Source: Macrostomum lignano (taxonomy: Eukaryota). From it: a stretch of 43,995 bases of DNA. Positions 1 through 12,201 of the stretch are shown here, piece by piece (position 1 is the stretch's first letter; the number at the start of each line of letters is the position of its first letter). The notes below the pieces were generated by a model, which made no database searches, was not told the origin of the DNA, and saw nothing but the letters and a program-made list of their open reading frames with translations. The DNA lies in assembly GCA_002269645.1 (NCBI GenBank), contig NIVC01001669.1:1-43995 (forward strand), read 5' to 3'. Made by a program: the position numbers and the translations under genes.

Positions 1-74
1 AAATGTGGTGCTCCGGTACTTTTGGGGGACGTTTAATATATTTTATAATTACAGTGTAAAATATAGAAAATCAA

Positions 75-1004
75 TTACAGATATGTAGTGCGTATGGGCT
101 GAAATAAAACAAATGGTTCCAAATTAGCAGCGGAAGTACGCTCGAATTTCCTGGTCACTTCTCGTACAGCAGCTTCTTCTCCCATTCCGAGCGCCTGCCG
201 GTCGCCGCACGCCCGCTGCTGCCGGGTGCCCGACACCAGCTGGCGCAGGCAGCTGCCGGTAGCGCTCGGGGATCTGGCCCCGCTGGCAGTGCGCCAACAG
301 CCGGGCCGCGCTAGCGATACGGGTTGGCCGCGATAGTCGCGGCGACGTCCTCGTCGGTGGCTGGCCAGCCGCCGAGGCGCCTCCTCCAGCGGGTGCAGAG
401 TGCGCAGCATATCGCTGAGGCGCTGCATCATCTGCTCTACCACGGCTTGTTGTCCACGGAGTCGACCGTGGCCGCCGCTGCGACAGCAGCACCCGCTGCT
501 CAGCGGCCCTGTCTGCGGCTCTGCGGCTGGCCCAGCTTTCTGGCCAACCGCCGGGATCGCTAGCAGAGTGGCCGAAGTCTCCGCGTCTCGCTCAGTTGTT
601 GGCTTGGATGCGGATGCGATCGGCTTCGCGGTTGGCTGCTGCTGCTGCGATGGCGGCTTCGGCGAAGGCGGCTTTGGCAGAGACGAAGGAGATGACGATG
701 GAATCTCATCTCTGCTTGAACTGCCGGCCTCTATTGACTTCCAACGATGTCCATCACCGGTTGGGGATGCCTTTGCTGGCTTAGCTGTCTCAGCCTCCTT
801 GGCTTCACTTGATACCACGGCCACCTCTTCGACTTCACTGGTCTTCTCTGGCGCGTCACCAACAACCTCCTCTAGGATAGCATCAAAGTCCTCCGGCGGG
901 CAGCTGGAATGACGTAGCTGCCGCCTTTTCATGAACGTCACTTTTTTTCTTGGCTTGCCTGTCTGCTTTCTGCTTCGCATTTTCTGCTGTTGCTTCTGCT
1001 TGCT
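75..1004 (-). CDS. Terminal coding exon of an unidentified gene (low-complexity Ser/Pro/Ala region plus a helical C-terminal part), with apparent 1-nt insertions
   Basis: Acceptor TTTGCAG| before 1004 on the minus strand; GC3-rich codons; stop at 75. Removing one C at each of ~377, ~322 and ~249 gives a coherent peptide (LHPLEEALGGWPATDEDVAATIAANRIASAARLLAHCQRGQIPERYRQLLRQLVSG). No family recognised. Confidence 0.55.
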   Translation of the reverse strand, partial: SKQKQQQKMRSRKQTGKPRKKVTFMKRRQLRHSSCPPEDFDAILEEVVGDAPEKTSEVEEVAVVSSEAKEAETAKPAKASPTGDGHRWKSIEAGSSSRDEIPSSSPSSLPKPPSPKPPSQQQQPTAKPIASASKPTTERDAETSATLLAIPAVGQKAGPAAEPQTGPLSSGCCCRSGGHGRLRGQQAVVEQMMQRLSDMLRTLHPLEEAPRRLASHRRGRRRDYRGQPVSLARPGCWRTASGARSPSATGSCLRQLVSGTRQQRACGDRQALGMGEEAAVREVTRKFERTSAANLEPFVLFQPIRTTYL

Positions 1005-2861
1005 CTGCAAAGTATAGATAGCGCAGCCTAATCAGTTTTACACTTTGTGAGTTCAATTATTATTAGAAACAGAAAGTTTGCTTTATTTTTGCTTTTGTCT
1101 GTGGGAAGATCGAGTATATAAATTAACGAACAGGTGACGTTCGAATTTGAAGGCGACTTTTTAGATATTTTTAGAACTCCCTGAATTAAAAGTTTGATCT
1201 AAAAATTATAGGACACCCACCATTTGAGTTTTTCTAGTGTTTGCTCGACCCATTTTTTGCTAATTTTACGCATTCGTAGCACTTCTTTGTAAAGTATTTA
1301 CTCGTATATACAGACTCGAACGCCCAAATAAAGTTCTACCAATGGCAATTTTAGTAAAATTAATTTATCATATGTTGACCGGAAAAATGGACTCCAATGA
1401 TTATATTTAGATAGATATATTCAATTACAGTCCCCAAAACGCATTTTTATGTTTTGCTTCCGGTCACGATATAATATTGTCAAAAACTAACTCCATATGA
1501 CTAGCCTATAAAGATAAGCGGCTATGGTTTGTTTCAAGTCGAGATTAATATTTGTTCAGACTCGTCATTTGCGTTTCATTCGCAAAGACATTTTGTTTAA
1601 CTGTTGAAACAAATGTACTCGATAGCGTTTACGCGATTTTTAACATCGCTTTTTTAAATTGTATATTTTTACTTCGTGCTCGGTCCCACTAATGTCCTTC
1701 ACAATCAAACTTTGGATTGGATACTGATCAAGCAAACTATTAGACTCACAAGTTAGCAGAGGCACAGGAATTATAATTATACTTAGATCTTTATCATAAT
1801 AACTGCTACTGACATCAAAGTGCTACTGACTACGTTTACGATCAGTATTTTCCGGATGTAGTGAGTGTCCATGTTTTGAAGACTGCATGCACAGGTATGT
1901 ATTATTAGTGTATTACTGCTTTACAAGTAAACCTAACATAACAAAGTTGGCCAGTTATATTGTTGCAGATATTTGCTGAGTTTTTAACAGAATGAGAATA
2001 TAAGTCTCACCCAAAAAGGCGCCAACGAATAATGAGTAACAAGTGAACTAGGCAAAGTAGCAAAAAATTAGGATATTAATTAAACCCCACTGAGACTTAA
2101 AAACTATAATAATGAACAAGCAAAATATATCGGTATACCAATCAATAATTTTTTGTAATGAAATTTATCTTATCTTTTTTTCTGACACTGTATTTACTAT
2201 CAGTTTCGATTATGCTTCAACTTAAATTAGTAAGTATATACTGAGATTTGAGCAATATAGCAATATATTATTATTAGATTCAAATAATAGTTGGATTTGG
2301 TTAATTTACAAAGAAATTTGAAATTAGTTAGAAAACTTCATTTGTTTTTTGCAGTAATTTCTGAGGACATGTGGATCTGTTATGCTCTACTAATTAATGC
2401 ATTGAAGAATGTGCTGCTACTGCCATTTATGCCATGCAATGTATTTAAGAAATTATTGCACTTAAAAGTATATAAGTATTTTTTCTGTTCACTAGATTGA
2501 AGTTAAAAAACAAACAGTGAGTTTATTTAAGATCATTCGTAGAAATTATATTGAATTATCAGTTATATATTAGCATAATTAAACCAAAGCATATGATTTT
2601 TCTGTATATTTTCAAACAATTTACAAGCCACTGCATTACAAAAAAATATTGAGCGCAAGATTTTTGAATATAAACTTTTTAAAGTTTACTGGTAATTTTA
2701 TCTGTGATTTTTAAAAATATAATTATTTTGTCTTTTATCCTGCTTTATTAGTATGACTTCCATTTTTATTGAGTGAAGATTACAATATGTCAGTGTTAAA
2801 TATTAATTAGTTACTCAAAACAGTTAAGTACATTTTTATTTATGACAATAAATAGTCACAG

Positions 2862-3219
2862 GTGCTCCCTCCGCAATCCGCAGCCCGCAGGTGGGCCGCC
2901 CCGTGCCCAGCTAGACAGTGGCGGGGCTGCAGCACCCGGTGACGGCATCGTCGGCGGCAGCGGCAGCAGCCACCCCGCCTTGTCGTCGGCACCACCGGCG
3001 AGCTGCACAGCCGCGCCTCCATCGCCAGCAATCAGCAAACGCCAGAGAAGAGTCTGAAGATGTCGAACCCTCCGACGCTGACGGGTCGGGCTTCATCACT
3101 ATCAGCTTCCTGTCTGACAAGGACCGGACGGAGTCCGTGGCGCTGGTGCGGCAGCACGGCTGCTCCAGGGCGCGGAGACCGCAGGATTCTTCGAGTCCGG
3201 CTGAGCGGTACCGGCAGAA
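2862..3219 (+). CDS. Probable upstream exon (possibly of the synaptotagmin-like gene), reading frame disrupted
   Basis: GC-rich island with CACAG| acceptor at 2861 and |GTGAGT donor at 3220. No single frame is open throughout (TAG at 2912-2914 in one, TGA at 3055-3057 in another). Confidence 0.4.
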
Positions 3220-3299
3220 GTGAGTCGGCGGTTCAGGGGATCTGGCTGGTCTAGGTTGTAAATGACAGCTCTAAGGCTGGGATTGAGATCCTCAGAGTC

Positions 3300-3736
3300 T
3301 GGGATTGTGATCACCACAGCCTGGGATTGTGATCCCCACAGTCATGGGGATTATGATCCTCACAGTCATGGGGATTATGATCCTCACAGTCATGGGGATT
3401 ATGATCCTCATAGTCATGAGGATTATGATCCTCATAGTCATGGGGATTGTGATCCTCACAGTCTGGGGATTGGGGGATTGTGATCCCCACAGTCTGGGGA
3501 TTGGGGATTATGATCCCCACAGTCTGGGGATTGTGATCCTCACAGTCATGGGGATTGTGATCCTCACAGTCATGGGGATTGTGATCCTCACAGTCATGGG
3601 GATTGTGATACTCACAGTCATGGGGATTGTGATCCTCACAGTCATGGGGATTGTGATCCTCACAGTCATGGGGATTGTGATCCTCACAGTCATGGGGATT
3701 GTGATACTCACAGTCATGAGGATTGTGATACTCAGC
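3300..3736. repeat. 24-bp minisatellite (GGGGATTGTGATCCTCACAGTCAT), ~18 copies
   Basis: Tandem units visible; explains the periodic ORFs 3262-3745. Confidence 0.95.
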
Positions 3737-3765
3737 AGTCAGTGAATTTTATTATTCGCTGTCAG

Positions 3766-4005
3766 CGTGACATAGGAGACCATATCAGCATCGCACAGAC
3801 CGAAAGTCCATGCTCGGACAGCTCAGTCTCCGACAGGTCTTCATCAGCCCGCAGAAGGGCTCGCTTGCACAGAGAGCCAACTAAATTTATAAAAAATCTC
3901 TCTACTCTACAGGCGTACGGCTGTGAAACTGCAAGAGTCTCCAGCAGCTCTGCGGCAGGAGCAGCCGCAGCAGCAAGCAGCCGCTCTGTCCCGCTCGTGT
4001 CCAAG
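3766..4005 (+). CDS. Probable 240-nt phase-0 exon (Ser/Ala-rich), frame-compatible with exon 8643
   Basis: TGTCAG| acceptor, AAG|GTGC donor, open frame RDIGDHISIAQTESPCSDSSVSDRSSS...VPLVSK. Confidence 0.45.
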
Positions 4006-4045
4006 GTGCTAATCCCACCCTTATCTAGATCCCTAAAGAGATCCC

Positions 4046-4067
4046 TAGATAGATAGATAGATAGATT

Positions 4068-4163
<96 letters not shown>
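4046..4163. repeat. (GATA)n microsatellite
   Basis: Direct reading. Confidence 0.98.
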
Positions 4164-4164
<1 letters not shown>

Positions 4165-4984
4165 ATATCGATTACAGCACTGGGCAGAGCTGTATATAGT
4201 CCTTGAAGATAGTCTTTAAAACAGAGACACCACCCAAGGACTTCTCAATCACTCAGGACGGGAAACTTGCAAATCACGGGGAAAAGTCTGAGGATCTATT
4301 AAAAGCATTTGCTATGATGTAAGCCTTAAAAAGACTCCATGTAGTAGAGCTTAACTTTTCATCGATTTCTCATAAATTAAAAAAGCACAATAATGCAGTC
4401 GAACCGGACAACGTCAAAAAAGAGACTAAAAAGAGCAGCAGAAAAGAAATGTTTTGCTTTTGCTTTTGCAAGAAGCGGTAGATAAATTGTAGATGTTTTC
4501 TTTCGGTATGAGCTACGAGTATTTTGGGACAAACCGTTATACTCGTATGTAGCAAGAGATCTATTGGCGAAGGTAATCCTATGTTTATTAGAATGTTCTG
4601 TGTCTCACCGATCGTATCGTGGAGCTATCCCAATTGTTTTTTATTCGCGCCCTCTTCCTGACGTGTGCACCCCAAAACTCTCTGATTTACACCCTGTTGT
4701 GACCAGCCTTGCACTTTTACCAGCAAACCAGTGTGCTGCCCCCACTTGAGTAAACAGATTCCTAACTCACGCTTGCTTTTGTGTTTTCCCACTGCCAAAC
4801 TGACGCCTAGAAGTCTGTGTGCTTTTTGTATTCGTATCTGCCAGCATAAGGGGCTCCTCTGATTGCCGTGCTCTGCGATGCTCAATGCCAGACTTTATTC
4901 GGAGTCCAGGTGGCTCAGGTAAGTCTCACCGCATTCCCGTCCCCCTGCTTTTATTGTTTTCTTTAACACTTGCTATACCATGAT

Positions 4985-5945
4985 TTCTCTCTCCTCTATA
5001 TCCATATTCTCCCTCTCTCTCCTCCCTCACCCCTCTCTCTCATCAATCATCCCCTCTCTCTCATCCCTCACCCTCTCTCTCATCCATCATCCCCTCTCTA
5101 TCATCCCTCACCCCCTATCTCTCATCCCTCACCCCCTCTCTCTCATCCCTCACCCCCTCTCTCTCATCCCTCACCCCTCTCTCTCATCCCTCACCCCCTC
5201 TCTCTCATCCTTCACCCCTCTCTCTCATCCCTCACCCCCTATCTCTCATCCCTCACCCCCTCTCTCTCATCCCTCACCCCCTCCCTCACTCACTCTCTCT
5301 TATCCCTCACCCCTCTCTCTCATCCCTCACCCCCCCTCTCTCATCCCTCACCCCCTCTCTCTCATCCCTCACCCCACTCCCTCAACCCCCTCTCTCATCC
5401 CCTCTCTCATCCCTCACCCCCCTCTCTCTCATCCCTCACCCCTCCCTCACTCAGAGTCTCTCTCATCCCTCACCCCCTCCCTCACTCACTCTCTCTCATC
5501 CCTCACCCCCTCCCTCACTCACTCTCTCTCATCCCTCACCCCCTCCCTCTCATCCCTCACCCCCTCTCTCTCCTCCCTCCACCCCATCCCTCACCCCCTC
5601 CCTTACCCCCTCTCTCCTCCCTCACCCCTCTCTCTCTCACCCTTCACCCCCTCTCTCTTTCTCATCCCTCATCCCTCACCCCCTCCTTCACCCCTCTATC
5701 TCCTCCCTCACCCCACTCCCTCAACCCCTCGCTCATCCCCTCTCTCCTATTCTTCATCCTCTCTTCATTCCCCTCTCTCTCCTTCCTCAATATCTCTCCC
5801 CTATATCCTCTCTCCCGCTAACTCCTCTCCTCCTTTCCTCCTCTCACTCATCTCACTCCTCTATCTTCTTCTACCTCTCCTCTATCTCCCCCTTTCTTCT
5901 TTTCCTTTTCTCCATCTCTTAATCTCCCCTTTCTTGCTCACCTCT
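4985..5945. repeat. Polypyrimidine degenerate minisatellite (CTCTCTCATCCCTCACCCC-like units)
   Basis: About 1 kb with almost no G on the plus strand; the S/L/H/P ORFs are by-products. Confidence 0.92.
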
Positions 5946-6720
5946 CCACTGTGCTGGCGATCTCAATGCCTATATTTAGCCGTTAGCTTGGGATCCGATT
6001 CGCAAACAGAGCCCTTTAAAGAATCTTGACTCCGCTTCCGTCAGGACTCAATCCGCGCCCCTCCTGGCCAGCCCTGCCGAATCGGCCAGATCATCGGCCA
6101 GGTGTCCGACTCGCCCCAGGTCTCTTCCATTTCTTAGCGATTCACCCACCACCTCCCCTCCCTGCCCGTTGCTCCAAGCGAGGCCGAGGATGCCAGAAGC
6201 CCCCCCCCATTAAATTCAATTCCGCTCACTGCAACCTCGGCTCAGCGATCGGCCACCTCCGCTCTCCCTTGCCTGCCCCGCTCTCCCCTACTGCTGGCCT
6301 CAGCCTCCCTCATCCCCACACCGCCCCAGCATCTCTCCGGCATCGCCTATCCGTTCTCAAACTGTTTTTCTCCCCGTCTCTCTTCCTCCCAGGCCGTCGG
6401 AGCCAGCCAGTACTGGGCCGATTGCCCCAAATCCGCTGAAGCCCCCCCCCGCCACCCAGAATCTGCAGCAGGCGAAGGGCTCGCATCTTCGATTCCCGCC
6501 CAATGCTGTGTACGGACCGGCCCGCCGCTTCCTCATTAATAATTCATTAGCTTGCTGCCGTTAGAACTATAGATATGCGAAAATTTGATGCAGAATGCCG
6601 GATAGAAACAATTTATGAGGCTTCTGCCCCGTTTTAGGTTGCTTAAATAACAAAATTGTACTTGAGTGGCATTTTCAAGTTCTAACTCTACTGGTTAACT
6701 TTTTCCGCACTATCATAATA

Positions 6721-7015
6721 TATAGCAATCCACTCTATTCCTTAATCCATGTAGGCTAGATTAGCAATCCATTCAATTCCTTAACAAATTTGGGTTACAT
6801 TAGCAATCCATTATATTTATTAAATCCATGAAGGCTAGATTAGCAATCCATTGGGTATTCCTTACTCTAATTCAATGTAGGCTAGATTAGCAATCCACTC
6901 TATTCATTAATTCATGTAGGCTAGATTAGCAATCCATTCTATTCATCAATGGAGGCTGGATTAGCAATCCATTCTATTCACTAATCCAATGAAGTCAGAT
7001 TAGCAATCCATTATG
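6721..7015 (-). repeat. Degenerate ~40-bp tandem repeat sharing the core AGAATGGATTGCTAATCTAGCC with the 42-mer at 32681
   Basis: About 7 copies of GGCTAGATTAGCAATCCA(T/C)TCTATTC, the reverse complement of the 42-mer core. Confidence 0.85.
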
Positions 7016-7595
7016 ATCACGCAGAAAATATCAATCATTTAATCCTGAGCACTCTTTAATCTGCAGGCAGCTTAATCCCCAGCCTCCCCACCTGTTCCAG
7101 CCGCTCTCTGCTGAGTCTCTGCAGCCCCGACAGAGAACGATTGAGGGGGGGGGCAGCTATCCCTCTTTCCCTCTCTGATCCCGGGGTGCGGGCAGACGGA
7201 GCAAGGAAGGGATTTATGATGATCATCAGTACAGCTGCTGTCGCTGCTCAGCGCCCCATCTCAGCATCCAGGCCGGCATCACCCACTCTGAGTCGTCCTT
7301 AGTTTATTCTAAAATCCGCGCAGGAGCCTCAGGACAGCTGGGAGAGTTGGCGAGCGTGGCCCCATCCTCCCAGCCTCATGATTGCCGGGGTAGAGAAATA
7401 TTTCAATTAAGTCAGAAAATTGTCGCATAAAACGGAACATTCCGGTTAATAACGGCTGCCGCGCTTGAAATTTATAATTGCTCTCCACTTTGGCTTGAGC
7501 TGGCAAAGCTGTTTTTTGCGAGGAGCCCGCTGTGACTAACTTGCTCTGCCTTATTCTCCTGTGCTCATTTTGCCGCGCCTTTGCCTTCATTCCAG

Positions 7596-7732
7596 ACTAT
7601 GCGACGATGCCTCAAGTCGATGGCTGAGTCTGAGGCGGCTTCATCAGTTGAAGAGTACAGAGAGTGCGGATCAGCAGCAACAGCAACTTCGTAATAGAGA
7701 CTTTTTGAGCTCGCTGATTGACAAGCTTTCTG
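7596..7732 (+). CDS. Possible small exon
   Basis: TTCCAG| acceptor, TG|GTGAG donor, one open frame (LCDDASSRW...LSSLIDKLS). Phase does not join directly to exon 8643. Confidence 0.25.
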
Positions 7733-7743
7733 GTGAGAGACCA

Positions 7744-8186
<443 letters not shown>

Positions 8187-8642
8187 TTTTCTTGGACCAG
8201 AACCCATGTGACCCGAAGGCTGCATGAGCTGCCTGCGTTTCTATGTCTTCTGCTTTTGTTTGAAGGAAGCCCTTGAAGACAGGCAGCTACAGCTTGGGCT
8301 AAGAATTGCTGCTTCTAGGAAGAGCCTCCTCAGCAAGTGCTCCATCACAGCTTGTCAATTCGCTGTTTGCCATGGCGCCCCCCTGGCCCGCCAGTCCTCA
8401 ACTCGCATTATCCCATTTGTTCCCCGAGTATTAGAAATGCCTGGGAAGCGACCTCGCTGCCACCTGCGCCGCGCCGCTTTGGCAAGGCAGTCGGGGATGG
8501 GAGGCAGCTCAGCTGAGCTGCTTGGATCGGGCCCTGCCGGCAGGCTATCAGGCGGCCTGCATGCCGGTTGAGGTCGGGGCGCCCAACTGGCTTATCTCAG
8601 TTTTCCACGCGCCCCCACCGACGATAAAAGAAGCCCCCCCAG

Positions 8643-11600
8643 AATCCGCCTTCCTCATCAATTGCCGCCGCTGCCTCTCGCACAATTCAAGGCAGCCTGT
8701 CGGGTGTCGGATCGGCCGAGTCGGACAGCTCGCCGGCTTCTCGACGTTCAACGGACTTCAATCGGCAGCCGTCGCAGAACAGCCAGCAGCAGCAGCAGCT
8801 GGAGGATCCGCAGCAGCAGCCTCTGACCTACCGCCTGTTCAACAAGACGCGGCCCCGGAGATTCAAGGACAGCCCGCCGGCCGCCGCCGCTGCCGACGCA
8901 GGCTCCGACTCAGGCGCCGACGGTGCGCCCGCCGAAGCTGTCGGGTCAGAAGACGCCGGCCTGGCGCGGTCGGAAGAGGCGCCGGGTGAGAAGAGTCTTC
9001 GACTATTTACTGCGATAGACGGGCGGTTTTATTTATGAGTTCGGAGCGATCTGATATGAGAGCGATTCTGAGATTGCGAGGGAGACGGACGAGCGCTGCG
9101 CTCCCCAGCCTGAGATAAGACTAGCTGGGGGCGTCTACTGCAGTATTTGCCATGCGATCAATTCTCCCAATCCTCTCCTCTATCCGCGCCGCCTCCTCTC
9201 CCTCGCGCAGACATTGTGAGATTCCTGCTAGACCGCCAGGCCAAGTGCTGGCCCGACCCCGTCGGCAATGGTTCCGTGACGCATTTTGGTAAGCGCGCTC
9301 TGGTGATCGGCCGAGTGCCTCTCATTCTCTGCCTCCAGAAAGCTTCAAATTCTGACAAACTCGCAGGCCACCCAATTTTCGAGCGGTCGCCATCCCGCGC
9401 CGCCCCTGCTGAGTCCGACCTCGCCCAAGCTTCATCACAGGCGGAGGCTGGAGCGGTGGAGCTGGCTACGACGTTGCGGACTCTGCAGACGGAACCCCGG
9501 CCAGTGGTCGCAGCGCACAACCTCGACAGCGGCGGCTGCACTGTCGCTGTGTCGCCTCGTGCGGTGTCGCCCTGTCTGTCGACAGCGGCGGCAGCGGCAA
9601 CGACGGCGTCACCGGCGGCCAGCGACTCCGGCCGGCGGACCGAAGTCTGCGAGGAAGACGACGAAGGTTGCGGCGCGGTGAAACTGGCGCTGGACTTCAA
9701 CTTCAAGACGTCCGCCTTCGCTGTGCACATCATCGAGTGCCGGGACCTGCCGGCTGCCGATGCCCGCCGGGGCCGCACCGATTGGTGAGTGCCGAGGGGG
9801 CGGATTGTTGAGTGCCGAGGGGGCGGATTGTTGAGTGCCGAGGGGGCGGATTGTTGAGTGCCGAGGGGGCGGATTGTTGAGTGCCGAGGGGGCGGATTGT
9901 TGAGTGCCGAGGGGGCGGATTGTTGAGTGCCGATGTGATTGCTGGCGAGGTGTTCACGTGGCTGATCACGTGACTTCTGGCTGCCCTGCCCGCAGCTACG
10001 TGAAGACCTGCCTGCTGCCGGACCAAACGCGCGGCGCGAAGCGTCGCACAAAGGTGAAGAAGAATTCGCTGTGCCCCATCTTCGATGAGAAGCTGAAGGT
10101 AAAGCGCTTATTTCCATTTCAAACCAGAAATGCCTGTACAGTGCAATTTCAGCCTGGTTAGGGAGTTCCGATACATAGTTTGGTCTTTTGGGTTTGACTT
10201 CACCTAAAACCCAAAACCACCCCAACCAATTAGCCACCCAGTCAATTAGCCACCCCAACCAATTAGCCACCCCAACCAATTAGCCACCCCAACCAATTAG
10301 CCACCCCAGTCAAATAGCCACCTAAACCAATTAGCCACCCAGTCAATTAGCCACCCCAACCAATTAGCCACCCAGTCAATTAGCCACCCAGTCAATTAGC
10401 CACCCCAACCAATTAGCCACCCCAAGCAATTAGCCACCCCAGCCAATTAGCCAACCCAGTCACCCAGCCACTCCACCCCACCCCAGTACCGGATCAGCGC
10501 GCCGGACCTGGAGACCAGGAAGCTGCGGGTGTCGGCCTGGCACAGCTCGGCGCTGCTGCAGCCGGACCGGCCTCTTGGCGAGCTGGAGATTTCTCTCACC
10601 TCCGCGCAGCTCGACTGCCGCGAGGCGCGCTGGTTCCGCTTTCGGGCTCCCGCTGAGCCGGCCGCCTCCGAGCTGCAGCTGGCGCACCGGAAGTACATCG
10701 GCGAGGTGACGCTTTCGCTGAAGTACGTCACCGCCGGCAGCGTCAGCATCACCGACATCCGGCAGGTGGCCAGCCGCGGCGAGCTGCGCGTCTGGATCAA
10801 GGAGGCCCGCAACCTCGCGTCCGGGCGGCTGGGGGCGGTGGCAGCGGATCCCTACGTGAAGCTGTGAGCTGGGGCGGTGGCTTGGTTGACTGGGGGATTG
10901 CTAGTATCGGTGGGAAGATGGCGGATCAATGGATTATCGATAGTAGGCAGTGGATTATCGATAGAAGACAGTGGATTGTCGATGTGGATTATAATTAGAA
11001 GGCAATGGATTATTGATAGAAGGCAGTGGATTATCGATAAAAGACAATGGATTGTCGATAGAAGACAGTGGATTGTCGATAGAAGACAGTGGATTGTCGA
11101 TAGAAGACAGTGGATTTTCGATAGAAGAAATTGGATTATCTATAGAGGACAATGGATTATCGATAGAGGGAAATGGATTACTGTGGATTACTGCGGATTC
11201 AATGGATTACAGACAATGCATTCTGTATTCAATGGCATGCAGTTCAGCGACCCGCCGCACCCCGCAGCTGCCTGCTCCCCGTCCCCGGACAGTCCGGCGG
11301 CTTGGCCAGCAAGCTGCGAACTCCGCCAGTTCGCCGGTCCTGCAGCCCGGTCTGGAATCTGGTGCTGAAGTTTGAGAATGTCTCAGTCGCTGAACTGCAC
11401 TCCCGCCGACTGGAGTTGACGGTGTGGGACAAGTACCGACTGGTGCCGGGAACAAAGACCTGCCTGGGCTGCGTGCTGCTGCAGTGCGACCACGACGGGG
11501 CTCTGGGTGAGCGGCGGGGTGGCAGCTAGCTGTGTATGATAGTGGAGGGTTCGACTAATATGAGATGCTGGGGTGGCAGTCTAGTGGTTAGAGACTCGGA

Positions 11601-12201
11601 CTCACGACTGGAAGGTCGGGGTTCGATTCCCGACCCACTCGGAACAATTTGTGTCCTCGAGCAACACACTTAACTCTGCATTGCTTCAGTTCACCCAGCT
11701 GTAAAATGGGTGCGAGCATTAGCTGGGGTAATTGAGGGTGTGTGGCGACCCCCTGCAGCTCCTTGAACTGAACAGCCGTACGCAGTCTTCAGATGCGCCG
11801 CGCAATTTGTGCCCATTACGGCAGGTGTTACTCTGTAATCCATTTTTATTATTACGAGGGTTGATGAAGTTTCTGAACAATTGAATGGTTTATATCGCAT
11901 TGGTTTATTATACGTGTATGAATGAAGTTTATCTCATTGGTTTAATTATAACATTAGCTTTATCCCACCCTGGATGGTTACCTACAACAAGTGATTTTAG
12001 GGACTGATTATGAGAAAGTACTAACCGCCCCCTCTCCCATACCGCGCAGCCTCATCCGCAGTCTCCTCGTCGCTGAGCCCGTCCCCAGCCCGCCAGTCGG
12101 CGGAGTCGCGCATGTGGCGCACCGTACTGCAGCGGCACAACGTCTGGATTGACGGCAACTTTCTGCTGCGTGAGCCGGCGCCCAGCTCGGACTGTCAGTG
12201 A
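8643..12201 (+). CDS. Synaptotagmin-like protein (Slp4/Slp5/bitesize-like), tandem C2A-C2B; exons 8643-8985, 9211-9784, 9996-10098, 10487-10863, 11268-11506, 12050-12201
   Basis: All junctions are GT-AG with matching phases. C2A: GAVKLALDF...HIIECRDL..TDCYVKTCLLPD...KRRTKVKKNSLCPIFDEKLKY. C2B: GELRVWIKEARNL...DPYVKLCLLP...LRTPPVRRSCSPVWN...LELTVWD. The tail ESRMWRTVLQRHNVWIDGNFLLR resembles the Slp C-terminal motif. The 5' end is uncertain. Confidence 0.85.
9787..9932. repeat. 23-bp intronic minisatellite (GAGTGCCGAGGGGGCGGATTGTT), ~6 copies
   Basis: Direct reading; starts immediately after the donor GT at 9785-9786. Confidence 0.95.
10215..10465. repeat. 16/17-bp intronic minisatellite (CCACCCCAACCAATTAG / CCACCCAGTCAATTAG)
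   Basis: Direct reading; abuts the acceptor at 10486. Confidence 0.92.
10905..11200. repeat. 21-bp intronic minisatellite (GTGGATTGTCGATAGAAGACA), ~13 copies
   Basis: Direct reading. Confidence 0.92.
11570..11853 (+). mobile_element. tRNA-derived SINE with a CORE-like central domain, intronic
   Basis: A box TGGCAGTCTAGTGG, B box GGTTCGATTCCC, then GTGTCCTCGAGCAACACACTTAAC...CCCAGCTGTAAAATGGG resembling CORE/Meta SINE domains; short T/ATT tail. The anticodon stem does not pair. Confidence 0.7.

Noticed and set aside
9158-10279. 373-aa minus-strand ORF
   Set aside because: Antisense shadow of GC-rich Slp exons running through two intronic repeats.
11570-11640. Functional tRNA gene
   Set aside because: The anticodon stem does not pair and it continues into a SINE body.
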